Positions 13,637-26,910 of a DNA stretch of 64,000 nt are shown here, piece after piece (the stretch's first letter is position 1; each line of letters begins with the position of its first letter). The position numbers and the translations under genes were made by a program. Source of the stretch: Octopus vulgaris (taxonomy: Eukaryota); NCBI GenBank assembly GCA_951406725.2, contig OX597816.1, positions 99,076,001 to 99,140,000 on the forward strand, in the 5' to 3' direction. The notes below the pieces were generated by a model. It did no database searches and had not been told where the DNA came from. It saw only the letters and a program-made list of their open reading frames with translations.

Positions 13637-15040
13637 ACAGACAGACAGACAGACAGATTACGCTATATGTGGCATGTAACTTGAGTGAGCCTTGTTTCTG
13701 GTGTTATACTTTACTTTTTTGAGGGCTTTCGAATCAAATATTCTTCATTAGACTTCTTTTCTTCTTAATGATGACTAGGGTCTGTAAACCTGAAGTTGAC
13801 GTAAAACACCCTCTTCGTTAATATCCGGCTAAAAATGTCAACTCTAGTGTTGATGCTGTTGGATTAAGGTGCAGGATGTTGTGGCCTTGTAGAAATGCTC
13901 CTTCCTTCTATGGGTAAGATGTTTTTTGATCCTATGTATGTCGCTCCGCAGGTGGATGTCATTTGCGCTCTGTGATATTGACTATCGTTATTCTGTTTGG
14001 CCTCATGGGCGGTCCCTTCCTAGCTTCTACATTACTGTGTGTTTACCGTGTCACACACCTACATGAAGCGTTGCTTGTATCCTCTCAGTTACTGCATCTT
14101 AACGAAATCCATCCTTATTGTGTTCCCTATCTTGGCCTCGCCACACCTGCTTTGGTGTTGTTGAGTTCGTGAATGGCTACGTTGTACTTCAGCAGTTTTC
14201 GATATGCCGAATCTTCACTTATTTCTGGAAGAATCAGATTGTTGTCTATCTCGAGGCAAAGGAGATTTTGAAATCGAAAAGGCTTAGAGAGTCATTCGTG
14301 GCTGAGTGTTCAACGTCGAACTTCATATTTTAGTGGATGCAATTGAAGCTATTATGCATCTTAATCGCATCGTCCCTGAAATGGGTTAGTACAAATACGC
14401 CATCAACCTAGCTCCGAATATAAACATGATGTACTGTCGTGAAGGAGGGTCTTGTTTTCTAAGTCGTCCCACGTAATATTGGTTAGGGTCTCATAAGAAT
14501 CGGTGCGTGGTGCTTGTGTACATGAAATAAGCGATGGTGGAGCAGAATTCAAGTATGGATCTTGTGTTCGCTGGTGGAAGACTGCTACCACTTTGGGACA
14601 ACTTTATAGGCGTTCTACTATGGTTCCTATAGCATAAGCTGGTCATACGCTCGTTTACATAAATTGTACATCTAGATTGCTGTCCGAGATGGTTTCTGGT
14701 AGACGTTTGTGGAGGAGCTCCATAAGTTTCCACCTATTCTGTAGGTGCGCTGGAATTTATGCTAGGAGTGGTTTGAGTATGCAAGCTAATAATTATATAT
14801 TTTCCGGAGTGGGGATTTTGTAGTGGCGACAATCTGGCATACTTTAAGCTGAGTTAGTTGTCTGATGTCTTTATATGCTTTGGTATGGAGGAATTGTGTG
14901 TTAGGAATCTTTTTATACGCATAAAAACTATACATATCTACCATCGTACCAAGAAGGAGAATTCTGCGTGGTTGACACGGGCACTTAGGACGAGGCAGTC
15001 ATGTCCCACCTAACCCAGACTGATATCTATGTCCCACGTC
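13637..15040 (-). mobile_element. Highly degenerate LINE RT 3' portion, duplicated at ~15642-17050
   Basis: RSILEFCSTI resembles LINE RS.LEYCS.VW; the element ends at a (CAGA)n tract consistent with a tail. Confidence 0.4.
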
Positions 15041-15047
15041 AACATAG

Positions 15048-15085
<38 letters not shown>

Positions 15086-15086
<1 letters not shown>

Positions 15087-15350
15087 GAGGCGCAATGGCC
15101 CAGTGGTTAGGGCAGCGGACTCGCAGTCGTAGGATCGCGGTTTCAATTCCCAGGCCGGGCGATGTGAGTGTTTATTGAGCGAAAACACCTAAAAGCTCCA
15201 CGATGCTCCGGCAGGGGGTGGTGATCTCTGCTGTTCTCTTTCACCGCTCTTTCTTCTGTTGGCCTGCTCGCTTATATATATATAAAACAATGCGAACGCA
15301 TTGTGACCAGCGATGCATAACAACATCTGATGGTCTGGTCGGTCACGTGA
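15086..15350 (+). mobile_element. tRNA-derived SINE (tRNA-Arg-like head)
   Basis: A box tggcccagtgg, B-box-like ggtttcaattcc, TCG in the anticodon-like loop, non-tRNA body. Further copies at 17099 and 62235. Confidence 0.8.
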
Positions 15351-17056
15351 TATATATGTATACATATATATTATCCTGTTTTTTTTTCAAACTATATTCT
15401 ATGTTACCTGAGATACAACACATATGTGTGTGTATGACTGCATGTGTATACACATAAATACTTACATGTGTGTATGTGCGTGTGTATATATATATATATA
15501 CATACATCAAGAAAACATAAATAATGCCTTAAGAAAAAAGAAATTTATAAAAAATGAAGCAACAATATAATGAAATATTGGACAATAAAAAGTAGTAAAT
15601 TGCAAGAAGATATAAGGACGTTTAATTTTCTATAAGAGCCTTACAGACAGACAGACAGACAGACAGATTACGCTATATGTGGCATGTAACTTGAGTGAGC
15701 CTTGTTTCTGGTGTTATACTTTACTTTTTGAGGGCTTTCGAATCAAATATTCTTCATTAGACTTCTTTTCTTCTTAATGATGACTAGGGTCTGTAAACCT
15801 GAAGTTGACGTGAAACACCCTCTTCGTTAATATCCGGCTAAAAATGTCAACTCTAGTGTTGATGCTGTTGGATTAAGGTGCAGGATGTTGTGGCCTTGTA
15901 GAAATGTTCCTTCCTTCTATGGGTAAGATGTTTTTTGATCCTATGTATGTCGCTCCGCAGGTGGATGTCATTTGCGCTCTGTGATATTGACTATCGTTAT
16001 TCTGTTTGGCCTCATGGGCGGTCCCTTCCTAGCTTCTACATTACTGTGTGTTTACCGTGTCACACACCTACATGAAGCGTTGCTTGTATCCTCTCAGTTA
16101 CTGCATCTTAACGAAATCCATCCTTATTGTGTTCCCTATCTTGGCCTCGCCACACCTGCTTTGGTGTTGTTGAGTTCGTGAATGGCTACGTTGTACTTCA
16201 GCAGTTTTCGATATGCCGAATCTTCACTTATTTCTGGAAGAATCAGATTGTTGTCTATCTCGAGGCAAAGGAGATTTTGAAATCGAAAAGGCTTAGAGAG
16301 TCATTCGTGGCTGAGTGTTCAACGTCGAACTTCATATTTTAGTGGATGCAATTGAAGCTATTATGCATCTTAATCGCATCGTCCCTGAAATGGGTTAGTA
16401 CAAATACGCCATCAACCTAGCTCCGAATATAAACATGATGTACTGTCGTGAAGGAGGGTCTTGTTTTCTAAGTCGTCCCACGTAATATTGGTTAGGGTCT
16501 CATAAGAATCGGTGCGTGGTGCTTGTGTACATGAAATAAGCGATGGTGGAGCAGAATTCAAGTATGGATCTTGTGTTCGCTGGTGGAAGACTGCTACCAC
16601 TTTGGGACAACTTTATAGGCGTTCTACTATGGTTCCTATAGCATAAGCTGGTCATACGCTCGTTTACATAAATTGTACATCTAGATTGCTGTCCGAGATG
16701 GTTTCTGGTAGACGTTTGTGGAGGAGCTCCATAAGTTTCCACCTATTCTGTAGGTGCGCTGGAATTTATGCTAGGAGTGGTTTGAGTATGCAAGCTAATA
16801 ATTATATATTTTCCGGAGTGGGGATTTTGTAGTGGCGACAATCTGGCATACTTTAAGCTGAGTTAGTTGTCTGATGTCTTTATATGCTTTGGTATGGAGG
16901 AATTGTGTGTTAGGAATCTTTTTATACGCATAAAAACTATACATATCTACCATCGTACCAAGAAGGAGAATTCTGCGTGGTTGACACGGGCACTTAGGAC
17001 GAGGCAGTCATGTCCCACCTAACCCAGACTGATATCTATGTCCCACGCCAACATAG

Positions 17057-17098
<42 letters not shown>

Positions 17099-17099
<1 letters not shown>

Positions 17100-17382
17100 G
17101 AGGCGCAATGGCCCAGTGGTTAGGGCAGCGGACTCGCGGTCGTAGGATCGCGGTTTCAATTCCCAGGCCGGGCGATGTGAGTGTTTATTGAGCGAAAACA
17201 CCTAAAAAGCTCCACGATGCTCCGGCAGGGGGTGGTGATCTCTGCTGTTCTCTTTCACCACTCTTTCTTCTGTTGGCCTGCTCGCTTAGCCAGCGGGGTG
17301 GCGTCATTCGAAGGCTAAAACAATGCGAACGCATTGTGACCAGCGATGCATAACAACATCTGATGGTCTGGTCGGTCACGTG
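17099..17382 (+). mobile_element. tRNA-derived SINE (tRNA-Arg-like head), fuller copy
   Basis: Same as 15086 but without the internal deletion. Confidence 0.8.
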
Positions 17383-17689
17383 ATATATATGTATACATAT
17401 ATTTAGTTTTATAGAAATTTAAACCACCTTATATAATCTTACATTTTACTACCTATTATTCTCCTTTATGTTATTTCATTCTATTTTGTTTTAATGTCAT
17501 TATCCTGTTTTTTTTTCAAACTATATTCTATGTTACCTGAGATACAACACATATGTGTGTGTATGACTGCATGTGTATACACATAAATACTTACATGTGT
17601 GTATGTGCGTGTGTATATATATATACATACATACATACATACATACATACATGCATATATATATATCTTGGCATCGAGCCAGCCGTTCT

Positions 17690-17990
17690 TTGAAGGGAGG
17701 GAGACGTCGATTACATCGAGCTCAGTAATTGATTGGTACTTATTTTTTCGAGGATGAAAGGTAAAGTCGACCTCAATGGAATTTGAATTCAGAACCTAAA
17801 GACAGACGAAATACTTATTTCTTTACTACCCACAAGGGGCTAAACACAGAGGGGACGAACAAGGACAGATAAACGGATTAAGTCGATTATATCGACCCCG
17901 AAAGGATGAAAGGCAAAGTCGACCTCGGCGGAATCTGAACTCAGAACGAAACAGCAGATGAAATACCGCTAAGCATTTTGCCTGGCGTGT
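17690..17990 (-). mobile_element. Dimeric SINE with a Meta-domain-like core
   Basis: The block ggatgaaagg(t/c)aaagtcgacctc..ggaat(t/c)tgaa occurs twice. The minus strand reads gagttcagattcc (B box) then ctttcatcctttcggggtcgat, resembling the MetaSINE central domain. Confidence 0.75.
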
Positions 17991-18749
17991 TATATACATA
18001 TACATATGTCAGTATGAGTGCATCATATATGTGTCAGGCATGATAGAATGAGAGATAGGGTATGTATACAACATTTTGTAAGCATATATGTACGAGAGTC
18101 TGTACTTTTAAGAAGACGTTCGTCTCCGTTTGAAGTATAAATTCTGATATATTGTAGATAATTATAAGTAAGACACGCAATCGTAGGATGTATCATGCAA
18201 GAAGTCATCATATATCAGTGAGTTGTAACATGTTGCTATAATAGCATCAACCTTCTTACAATAATGATGATGGTGAGGTTAATATTTAACGGTCATAATG
18301 ATGATGATGATGATGATGGAGGTAGTGGTGTTGGTACGAGTGAAATGGTGATGGTGGCAGTTGTGGTATTGTTGATAATAAATCAGTAAATGTAACAATA
18401 GTCATAAGAAGCCAGTCGTTATGGATTTCTCTCTGCGTGTCTCTGTGTCTCTTCCTCTCTTTATATGCATACATGATGGTGGTTTCCCGTTTTGCCAGAA
18501 AGATGCTTCTGCCATGTCTTGTTGAAAAATCTGCACAAATGATTTATTTATGGTGACCAAATGTTTATGCTCTACATTAAGTCATTTCTCCCATCAAATC
18601 GCCGTTGCCTGAAAAGGTGCACGGTGCACCACACGTCAGGTGTCAATGTGATTGCAGAGAACTAAAGATGAAGTGTTTTACTCAAAAATGCTACGCACCG
18701 CCCGGTCCAGGAATTGAAATCCCGTGACCTCCCCCCCCACACACACACA

Positions 18750-18789
<40 letters not shown>

Positions 18790-18790
<1 letters not shown>

Positions 18791-19190
18791 TCATTACAGA
18801 TAGAGGGTAAAGAATTATTAATTTAATAATTAACAAATTTTTACCAAGTAGTTTCGGTATGGAAAAGAACCGTATTCGGTAAAAACTTGTGCAAAAAGTT
18901 TTTTTTTATATATAATTATAAATATAATTAAGGGTTTAGCAACAAGTTGCTTCACCACATACCAAAAATTTAGAAATAGCAGCCAAAGTACCGTTAATTC
19001 TTCTCACTACAAATATGACTCCACAGACAACAATATTTGTAACTCGCATAGGTAAAAAGAAGAAAAAATAACGAAATCAGTCTTCGATTGTTGTCTGTGG
19101 AGTCATATTTGTATTAACGGTCCTTTGGCTGCTATTTCTGAATTTTCGGTATGTGGTGAAGCAACTTGTTGCTAAACCTTGAATTATATA
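18790..19190. mobile_element. Imperfect fold-back element (arms ~18923-19034 / 19087-19188) with a one-sided extension, in (TA)n
   Basis: Arms are reverse complements with a few mismatches and one indel; same layout as the other PLE-type hairpins. Confidence 0.65.
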
Positions 19191-20205
19191 TATATATATA
19201 CGACAAAGTGGCACATAACAATGGGCAAGCAAGTCGAATCTATCGTGATACCAACAATATAATTTCTCTTGCGGGAATTAGAATTGCGTGTTCAAGTCTA
19301 AATCTCAGAATGTGTGGTCGAATGTGGGGTGTGTGGGAATGTGATTTTTCGAGACATTCCAATTTTTCCGTTAGTGTCTGCATTCTGTCCTCAGTAATCT
19401 TACGGAGCCAATTCTGAAGAAACAAAAACACAACAAATAATAAACGCAACAAATAAGACAGAGGTACATATTACACCATAGTATATTCACAAAGAAGTTG
19501 TACATTGTATTATTTTACTAAATAACAGAGTAACCTGGATAAGTGAGGAGTTTGGCATGTTTTGCAATGACCACCCCGCTCCCACATTCACAAACACTAC
19601 ATTAAAAATCAATGTACCCACAAATATACTCTCTACACGATATATCTGAATATATGCAACAGTGATTTAGCGCTCTGCTCTATCAAAAATAATGTGGCCT
19701 ATAAGACAACAAAACACGATTCATTAATCATTAAGTATATATTTTATATTTAGCTGTATTGATGTCTTTCGCTGGAAAAAATAAACTAGCATTTTCAGTT
19801 TACTGCCGCACTGTGTATCCTATTCTATTATCTTTCTTTCTGCATACTTGCTTCATTCTCGCTTTTAATTTGTTATCCATTTTGTTTTTTCATAAGTTTT
19901 CCTTCCAAAAGCATTTTTTATTTTCTCCCGATTCCCTAATACTCTAATACACACTCGCTCTCTCACACTCTCACTGAAGACGTAACATTAAATTTCTATT
20001 TTTGCACTTCTGGATGCGTTTCTTTCTCCGTTTCCTTCTGTTTATTTAAGTGAAGGATGGAATTTCTCTTCATACAAAAATGTCGTTAGAGACTACTTTC
20101 TTAATCTCAGAGATTTGAGAATTATACAATATGCGTTCACCCATTGATCATAAAAATAAACAAAGATACATACAAACACACACACACAAATATCTCTCTC
20201 TTTCT

Positions 20206-20253
<48 letters not shown>

Positions 20254-20302
20254 CTGTGTGTGTGTCTGTGTATGTATGTATATGTATATACATATATATA
20301 TA

Positions 20303-20825
20303 TCAGTTGAATAAAGTTACATGGCCTGATTTCCATGGTTTTTATTATTGTATTCTAAAAATGTGCGATAAACATTAAAAAAATATCTAGGAACGTTTAT
20401 AAAGTTCAATTAGGGCTTTCATACGTTCGTAGTAATCATCAGGTTTCAAAATGTATTGACTCACAGTTGAGTGCTTGACAAATGCAGTAAAATGACTGAT
20501 TTCTTTCTTTTAGAAGCCTCCGACAAGCTGAATCTTTCGAATACGGTTTTGACCAATCAGCATGCAGCTTAAACGTCACGGTTTGTCGTGCGCATCGATA
20601 TTAATGGCATAGAACCCGCCTTTATTTTAACGAATTCGCTTGCGGTTTACACGTAACGGTTTTATTAGTAAGCAAACTTAGTTGATTTCGATCGTTTTTA
20701 TTTCATGAACGTTATTAAATATTTTTCTTAATGTTGAACACACTTGAATATTGTAAAAAATATTTTTTTAATGCAATAATAAAAAAGGTGAAAACCATGA
20801 TCATGGTGTAAGGTTATACAACTGA
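20303..20825. mobile_element. MITE-like element with degenerate terminal inverted repeats, TA-flanked
   Basis: Left end tcagttgaataaagttaca...catggtttttattattgtatt mirrors right end aatgcaataataaaa...aaccatga...tgtaaggttatacaactga. Confidence 0.55.
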
Positions 20826-21148
20826 TATATTATTCTACACACATTTACACAATTTCGGAAAAATTACACACACATAAATGTGTATATATGGGTATATATA
20901 TACATATGTATAGATATATATATATGTATATACATATATATACATATGTATAGATATATATGTATATACATATATGTACTTGTGCTATATAGGGGTTATA
21001 AACATAACGTAGCTGTCCTTTTCGGGACAGCTACATTATGTTGGCAAACAGCCTTTACTTTATTGATATATATATCAAATGTGACCTCGTGTGTACCGTT
21101 AGCGATTTTTTTTCCTCTGTCTTCCCTTCTCTGGATCTTTCCTTCTAT

Positions 21149-21183
21149 GTTTCCGACGAAGAGCTCCGCTCGAAACGTTAAAC
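21149..21183 (+). ncRNA. Minimal type I hammerhead ribozyme motif
   Basis: GUUU-CCGACGA-A-GAGC(UCC)GCUC-GAA-ACGU-U-AAAC: stem I GUUU/AAAC, 4 bp stem II, palindromic ACGU in place of stem III, U4C core variant. Confidence 0.7.
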
Positions 21184-21379
21184 CCTCCTTCTTTCCTGAG
21201 CGTCCAATAATACTATATTTGTTCCACGTCCTCGCGTTGTTGTGTTTTTTTGTGCTTTCTTGTTTGGATTAACTATATATATATGTGTGTGTATGTGTCA
21301 TGGAATGATATGTCACAAACTCTGTGACCTCGGCACAGTCGGGAAATTAAGACAATGACTGCATCACTTTCCAAAAGAT

Positions 21380-22137
21380 ATGTCAGGTGGTAGTAGCCAA
21401 TTGGTCCGCCTCCAATGACATGCAAATTTTAAGCAGTGTTCAGTAAGGCATTGTTTTGGGACCACTACTCTTGATAATGGTCTTCTCAGATATACCCTCA
21501 GCCACAGAAAGAGTCATGATCACAAGTTATGCCGATGATGTATAATCCTCACAGTTGATACAGAACCCTGAAAACACTATGCACCTGCAATGTGAGTTGG
21601 ATGAAATATACAAGTGGGCTGCAAATAATAGCATGCAGTTTAATGCTGAAATGTTTCAAGCCTTGTGCTATCAGTATACAAAACTAAATGCAATTTCAGT
21701 AAAATATATGGGACCTGAAGGGACTGCAATCCCAGAAACTCAATCAGTGCGAGACCTGGTCATTTACATGAGTAATGATGCATCCATCCATGTGCGTGTT
21801 GCTAAGTTGACAATGAAATGCAGGTGGCTGACCCGGAGAACACTTGTCCTAAGCCACTTTGACTATTGCTCCCAGCTATGGACACCAACAAGTGTAAAAT
21901 TAATTGCCGAACTTGAGGTAATCCAACTTGGCATCGAGAATTACACTGATGCTAGAAGAGGGCGCCACTGCATAGTGCGAAGTTCTCCAAATTTGCCATC
22001 AAGGTATAGGACAAAATACCGCTACAGCCTGGGTTTTAGGGGACCACAGCTCTTCAATATCCTCATGAAGGAGCAGAGAGACCTACATGGAGTGGATGTA
22101 GGTGATTTCAAAACGAAACTGGACCTCTTACTGTCAA
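21380..22137 (+). mobile_element. Degraded LINE RT fragment with internal deletions (subfamily of 36945-38645)
   Basis: SYADD, SHFDYCSQLW and SLGFRGPQLFNIL motifs. Confidence 0.9.
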
Positions 22138-23125
22138 TTGGTGCAGAGCCAATTGCCATTTTTTTCTCTTCTTTTGATTTTGGACAAATCTCTTTCCATC
22201 TGAGAAGAGGAAGAGCATGAGTGCTCGTTGGATTCATTGGAATTGTTCAGCAAGCATTTCGACGGGATCAAACTTTCATCCTGGGTCTTCTTGGACATCA
22301 ACTGCAATCTTTCTACAGCACAGGATTTGTAGCTCATAACTTCGTGTATGTTCACTCCCAGAGGTGGAGAGGATCGGAAATGGCCACTCATGTTGACGAC
22401 CCCAGGTCTGGCTGGATAATATCTAACAATCGGGAATGTTTTCTTTTTGATTTCCGCCTGGGTGAATATAAGATTAAAGCTGTGTACATTGACATTGAAC
22501 ATGTCCCTGTACACTCAATGATGAACATGCATTTGCTGCAGTCTCTTAAGAGACATTCTTCTTTTAAACAATCCATGTAAAAGTACACCACGCTGGTGTG
22601 CCTTTATATAACTAACTATAGCTGATAAAACTTTGAACATGCCAGAAAGTTAATTATCTATTGTCTACATACGTGAAAGGCAGTTCTTAGTTGGCTAGGA
22701 ACTCCGTAATTTACCGATTTCTAAGACATATCACAGAAAAGCATTTCTAAGCAATCAATGGAGTGGGCATAATTCACAGAGGGCATTGTATTCCATACTA
22801 TTGAACACCTTTAATACAGCGTAGTCAATGTTAAAATGTTATAATTCTAAGTCGTTTCTATTTATCAAATATATGTTGCCAAACGCCTTGGTTGCTATAA
22901 CCGATTTGTTTGCGAAGAGCAATAAAAGTCATTTGGATTTGGACAAAATTTTATCTGTGTGGTTCTTTCGGGTGATAAAAAGATAGTGCAAAATCATCAC
23001 TTTACTGCCTGCAATCTCATATGCGTAGGGCTTGGCTTTCAAACATATGAGTATAACATATATACATCTGTGTACGTAATTGTGTAAATACGTTTGTGTA
23101 TGTATCTACGTATATATATCAGTAA

Positions 23126-23173
<48 letters not shown>

Positions 23174-23174
23174 A

Positions 23175-24660
23175 CAGATGTGTTTCGACCAAAAATTGGT
23201 CCAGGCCATGTCTAACTTAATAGCACCACCTGATTGGATTATCTAAATCCTGTTTAAGTCAAGTTTTGGTTATGGCCCATTCAAGTAGTGAGTTCTTATT
23301 GAGTGTGAGTGAGTTGTATCCAGGTATGGGTGGCTTATCCGCTATTCCTTGAAGAAATTTCTCCATACTTCGTTTAAAGGTGATGGGATCCATTCCTCTT
23401 TGATCTCTTTCGGGATAATGTTAAACAGGACAGGGTCTGTTGAGGAAAAGAAATTGTGCCGCAGTGTACTTATGTTGTGATCCTGAATTGGGCAGGGGTC
23501 GTATAGCCTGTGGTCCCAGCCTTGAACTAATGTTCAGGCCTTTTGGGCAATGCTGCCGGTTTATGCTCCACATCGTCAAATAATGTACTGCTCGCGGCGG
23601 CGCTGGAGAGTATAGTTTCAAAGCTTTAAGGCGGTCCCAAAAATCGAGGTTAGTCATGCCTTCAATTCGCTTAGTGAGTGCCCTCTGGGGTCATTCAATC
23701 TTCGAGATGTTTTGCTGTGTATGGGGAGACCACAAGGGGCAGTAGTATTCTAGGTGTGGCCGTACAAAGGAGAAAAGTGGTATGATGACACCTTGTTCTC
23801 AGGACTGGAAAGTTCTTAAAATCCAGGAACTCATCCTGCGAGCTGTATCGACCTTATTGTTGATGTGGGCACTCCAACTGAGATTGTTATCTACAATTAC
23901 CTCCAGGTGTCTGATATTATTAGATGCCGTGAGCAGTTCCCCTGAATGAAGAGAGTATGGCTGTTTTAGTATAGACTTTCTTCCAAAATGCATCAGCTCA
24001 AATTTTCCTTCGTTCAGTTGCAGTTTGTTTTTGTCTGCCCATTGACATAATATAGATCAGGGTAGAGTTGAGTTCGGTCTGCTTCTTCATTAATGATTTG
24101 CTGGAGCTTAGTGTCATCAGCAAATATTTTCACTTAGCAGTGATTTACGACGCTGGAAAGGTCATTTATGTAAATTATAAAGAGAAGCGGGCCCAAGGCA
24201 GCCCCCTGAGGGACACCACTGGTGACTTTTGCTGGGCTTGAGTGGACTTCATCGACTACAACATGTGTTCTATTCGTCAGGAAATACTTAATCTAGTGTA
24301 GAGGTTTTCCACGGATTCCAACATTTGCCAATTTTGAGAGTAGGATATTACGGTTAACCCTGTCGAACGCTTTACTGAAGTCAAGATATACGACATCAGA
24401 GTTCGAACCTGTTCCCAAGGCTTTAAGTATATCTTCAATGTGGTGTAAGAGCTGTGTTAGACAGTCCCTGCAATAGCGAAAACCATGCTCATTTGCATTT
24501 AGGAGTGTGTAGGTCTCCAGGAAGTCAGCTATCCTTGATCTTAGCACTCTTTCAAACACTTTAATGATGTGGGAGGTGAGTGAGATTGGGCGATAGTTGA
24601 CTGCGAGAGATCTGTTTCCCTGTTTGAAAACCGGAATGACAGACTGGGATAGGAGCTGTT
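23175..24660 (-). mobile_element. Degraded LINE RT (distinct, older family)
   Basis: [35 protein letters not shown] and WILRTF motifs, interrupted by stops and frameshifts. Confidence 0.9.
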
Positions 24661-24677
24661 TCGGTATATAAACTGAG

Positions 24678-24718
<41 letters not shown>

Positions 24719-25172
24719 ATACCTTTGATCACCTGTGTGTGTGAAAGAGAGCGAGAGAAAGATGGGGAAGGAATATGCGTGTATGTATAAGGGTGATTCT
24801 TTGTCAAATATATTAACTTTATATTGATCATATGAAAGGAGTGCATTCATCTACATTACATGCATATTATTCGTCAACAGCTTTGCTTAGTTTAGGTTCA
24901 AGTCTTTCGCCTTTGATGTAAAACAACGCCGACACGATGTTTAGTGAACTGTGGCATAATTTTGAACAGAAATGCCTTTACTTGTTTCACTGATTCATGA
25001 AGATTGAATAGATACTTGTACAGTGTCTCACTACATCATTAGTTAATAAAGCTTGTAAGATAGGTGTATTTCTAGAGGTATATGGGCTTAGATATGCGCA
25101 AACATTCGCAGAGAGCACACATATATCTATGGATAAACACACACGTACAAACATACATACATAATACGTACA

Positions 25173-25177
<5 letters not shown>

Positions 25178-25203
<26 letters not shown>

Positions 25204-25322
25204 GCATGTATGTATATATATATATATATATGCATGTATGTATATATATATATATATATGCATGTATGTATATATATATATATATGCATGTATGTATATA
25301 TATATATATATATGCATGTATG

Positions 25323-25353
<31 letters not shown>

Positions 25354-25784
25354 ATATATATATATATATATGCATGTATGTATATATATATATATATGCA
25401 TGTATGTATATATATATATATATATGCATGTATGTATATATATATATATATGACATGTATGTATATATATATATGCATGTATATATATATATATATACGC
25501 ATGTATGTATATATATATATATATATGCATGTATGTATATATATATATATATGTATGTATATATATATATATATATATGCATGTATATATATATATATAT
25601 ATATGCATGTATGTATACATATATATATATATGCATGTATGTATACATATATATATATATGCATGTATGTATACATATATATATATATGCATGTATGTAT
25701 ACACATATATAGATATGCATGTATGTATACATATATATAGATATACATGTACACACACACTAATGCATAAACACAACACACACA

Positions 25785-25828
<44 letters not shown>
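25178..25828. repeat. Minisatellite of gcatgtatgt(at)n units
   Basis: Recurring atgcatgtatgtat units with variable (AT)n spacers. Confidence 0.95.
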
Positions 25829-25832
<4 letters not shown>

Positions 25833-26167
25833 GAGAGGGGGAGATATATACATAGATAACTGATTAGATAGATCAGCATATATATACATATAAATATATT
25901 TTATACGTATGTGGTTGGGTGTAAAATGAAATATTTCTGTTTGTGTGTTCGTATGTGCGTATGAGAGGGTGTAGTGGGTGTGTACGCGCACGTGTGTTAG
26001 TAAAATGCGAGAAGAAATATATGTCAAAACTTTCGAAACATTATCATTCATTCCATAATAAATGTATCTCTCTGCATATGTACGTGCAAGAATATCAATA
26101 AACATAATATAGATTGATACATAAATTCCAGTATTTAAATAAATTTATAATTAGGACACCATATCTA

Positions 26168-26220
<53 letters not shown>

Positions 26221-26221
26221 A

Positions 26222-26403
26222 TATGTTACATTACTCAATAGTCAAGATAAAACTTTGAGTTTCAGATGCCGCCACTTCGGCATCTGAAACTCAGAGTTTT
26301 ATCTTGACTATTGAGTAATGTAACATACTATTTTATAGATAAATTTCCTCTATTTACATAATATTGAGGTCTCTTTCTTTCTTTTGTTATCTTACCGTTT
26401 TAA

Positions 26404-26408
<5 letters not shown>
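26222..26408. mobile_element. Minimal PLE fold-back remnant (50 bp arms, 6 nt loop, one-sided tail)
   Basis: Same family as the terminal repeats of 33101-34532. Arms 26222-26271 / 26278-26327; the tail matches 34466-34532; flanked by (TA)n. Confidence 0.85.
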
Positions 26409-26453
<45 letters not shown>

Positions 26454-26879
26454 GTGTGTGTGTATACATACATATGAGCAAGGGCATACAGACATATGCA
26501 ACATGCATTATATACCATATACAAACACGCACGCACATACGCATACACACATACATACATACATACATAAATACATACATAAACAGATGCATACATAAAT
26601 TTATACGATTCCGATCTATTGGAAGCTTGGTTATTCCATTTCATTAAGTGGCTGTATATCAAAGGTGATCTACGGCTTTACCATGGCAACGGATGACAGA
26701 TTTAAGCCACGCCTCATGTATCAGGCTAAATACCATGTCACACCCACTTCTTTCATGTTATAGGAAATATGTAATGTTCAATGATTTAAGCACCAAAACA
26801 CTGAGATTTTTAAGCAATATATTCCTATCGATCTTCAAAACTTTATGATGAAATAACGCATGATTTTATGTGAATGCGC

Positions 26880-26910
<31 letters not shown>

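Larger units (their letters stand above)
13500..17630. repeat. Tandem duplication, ~2 kb unit (13500-15504 and 15505-~17630)
   Basis: Identical ORF translations offset by 2009 bp; near-identical sequence apart from two indels in the first unit. Confidence 0.95.

Noticed and set aside
15086-15165. tRNA-Arg gene (also 17099 and 62290)
   Set aside because: Acceptor stem is not closed, the B box has an extra base, and the sequence runs into a shared non-tRNA body: a SINE head.
20405-20460. CUGAUGA...GAAA on the minus strand
   Set aside because: A short stem II is possible but I could not form stems I and III; it lies inside a MITE-like element.
22137-22600. Overlapping ORFs of 67-126 aa
   Set aside because: No recognisable motif; probably decayed repeat sequence.
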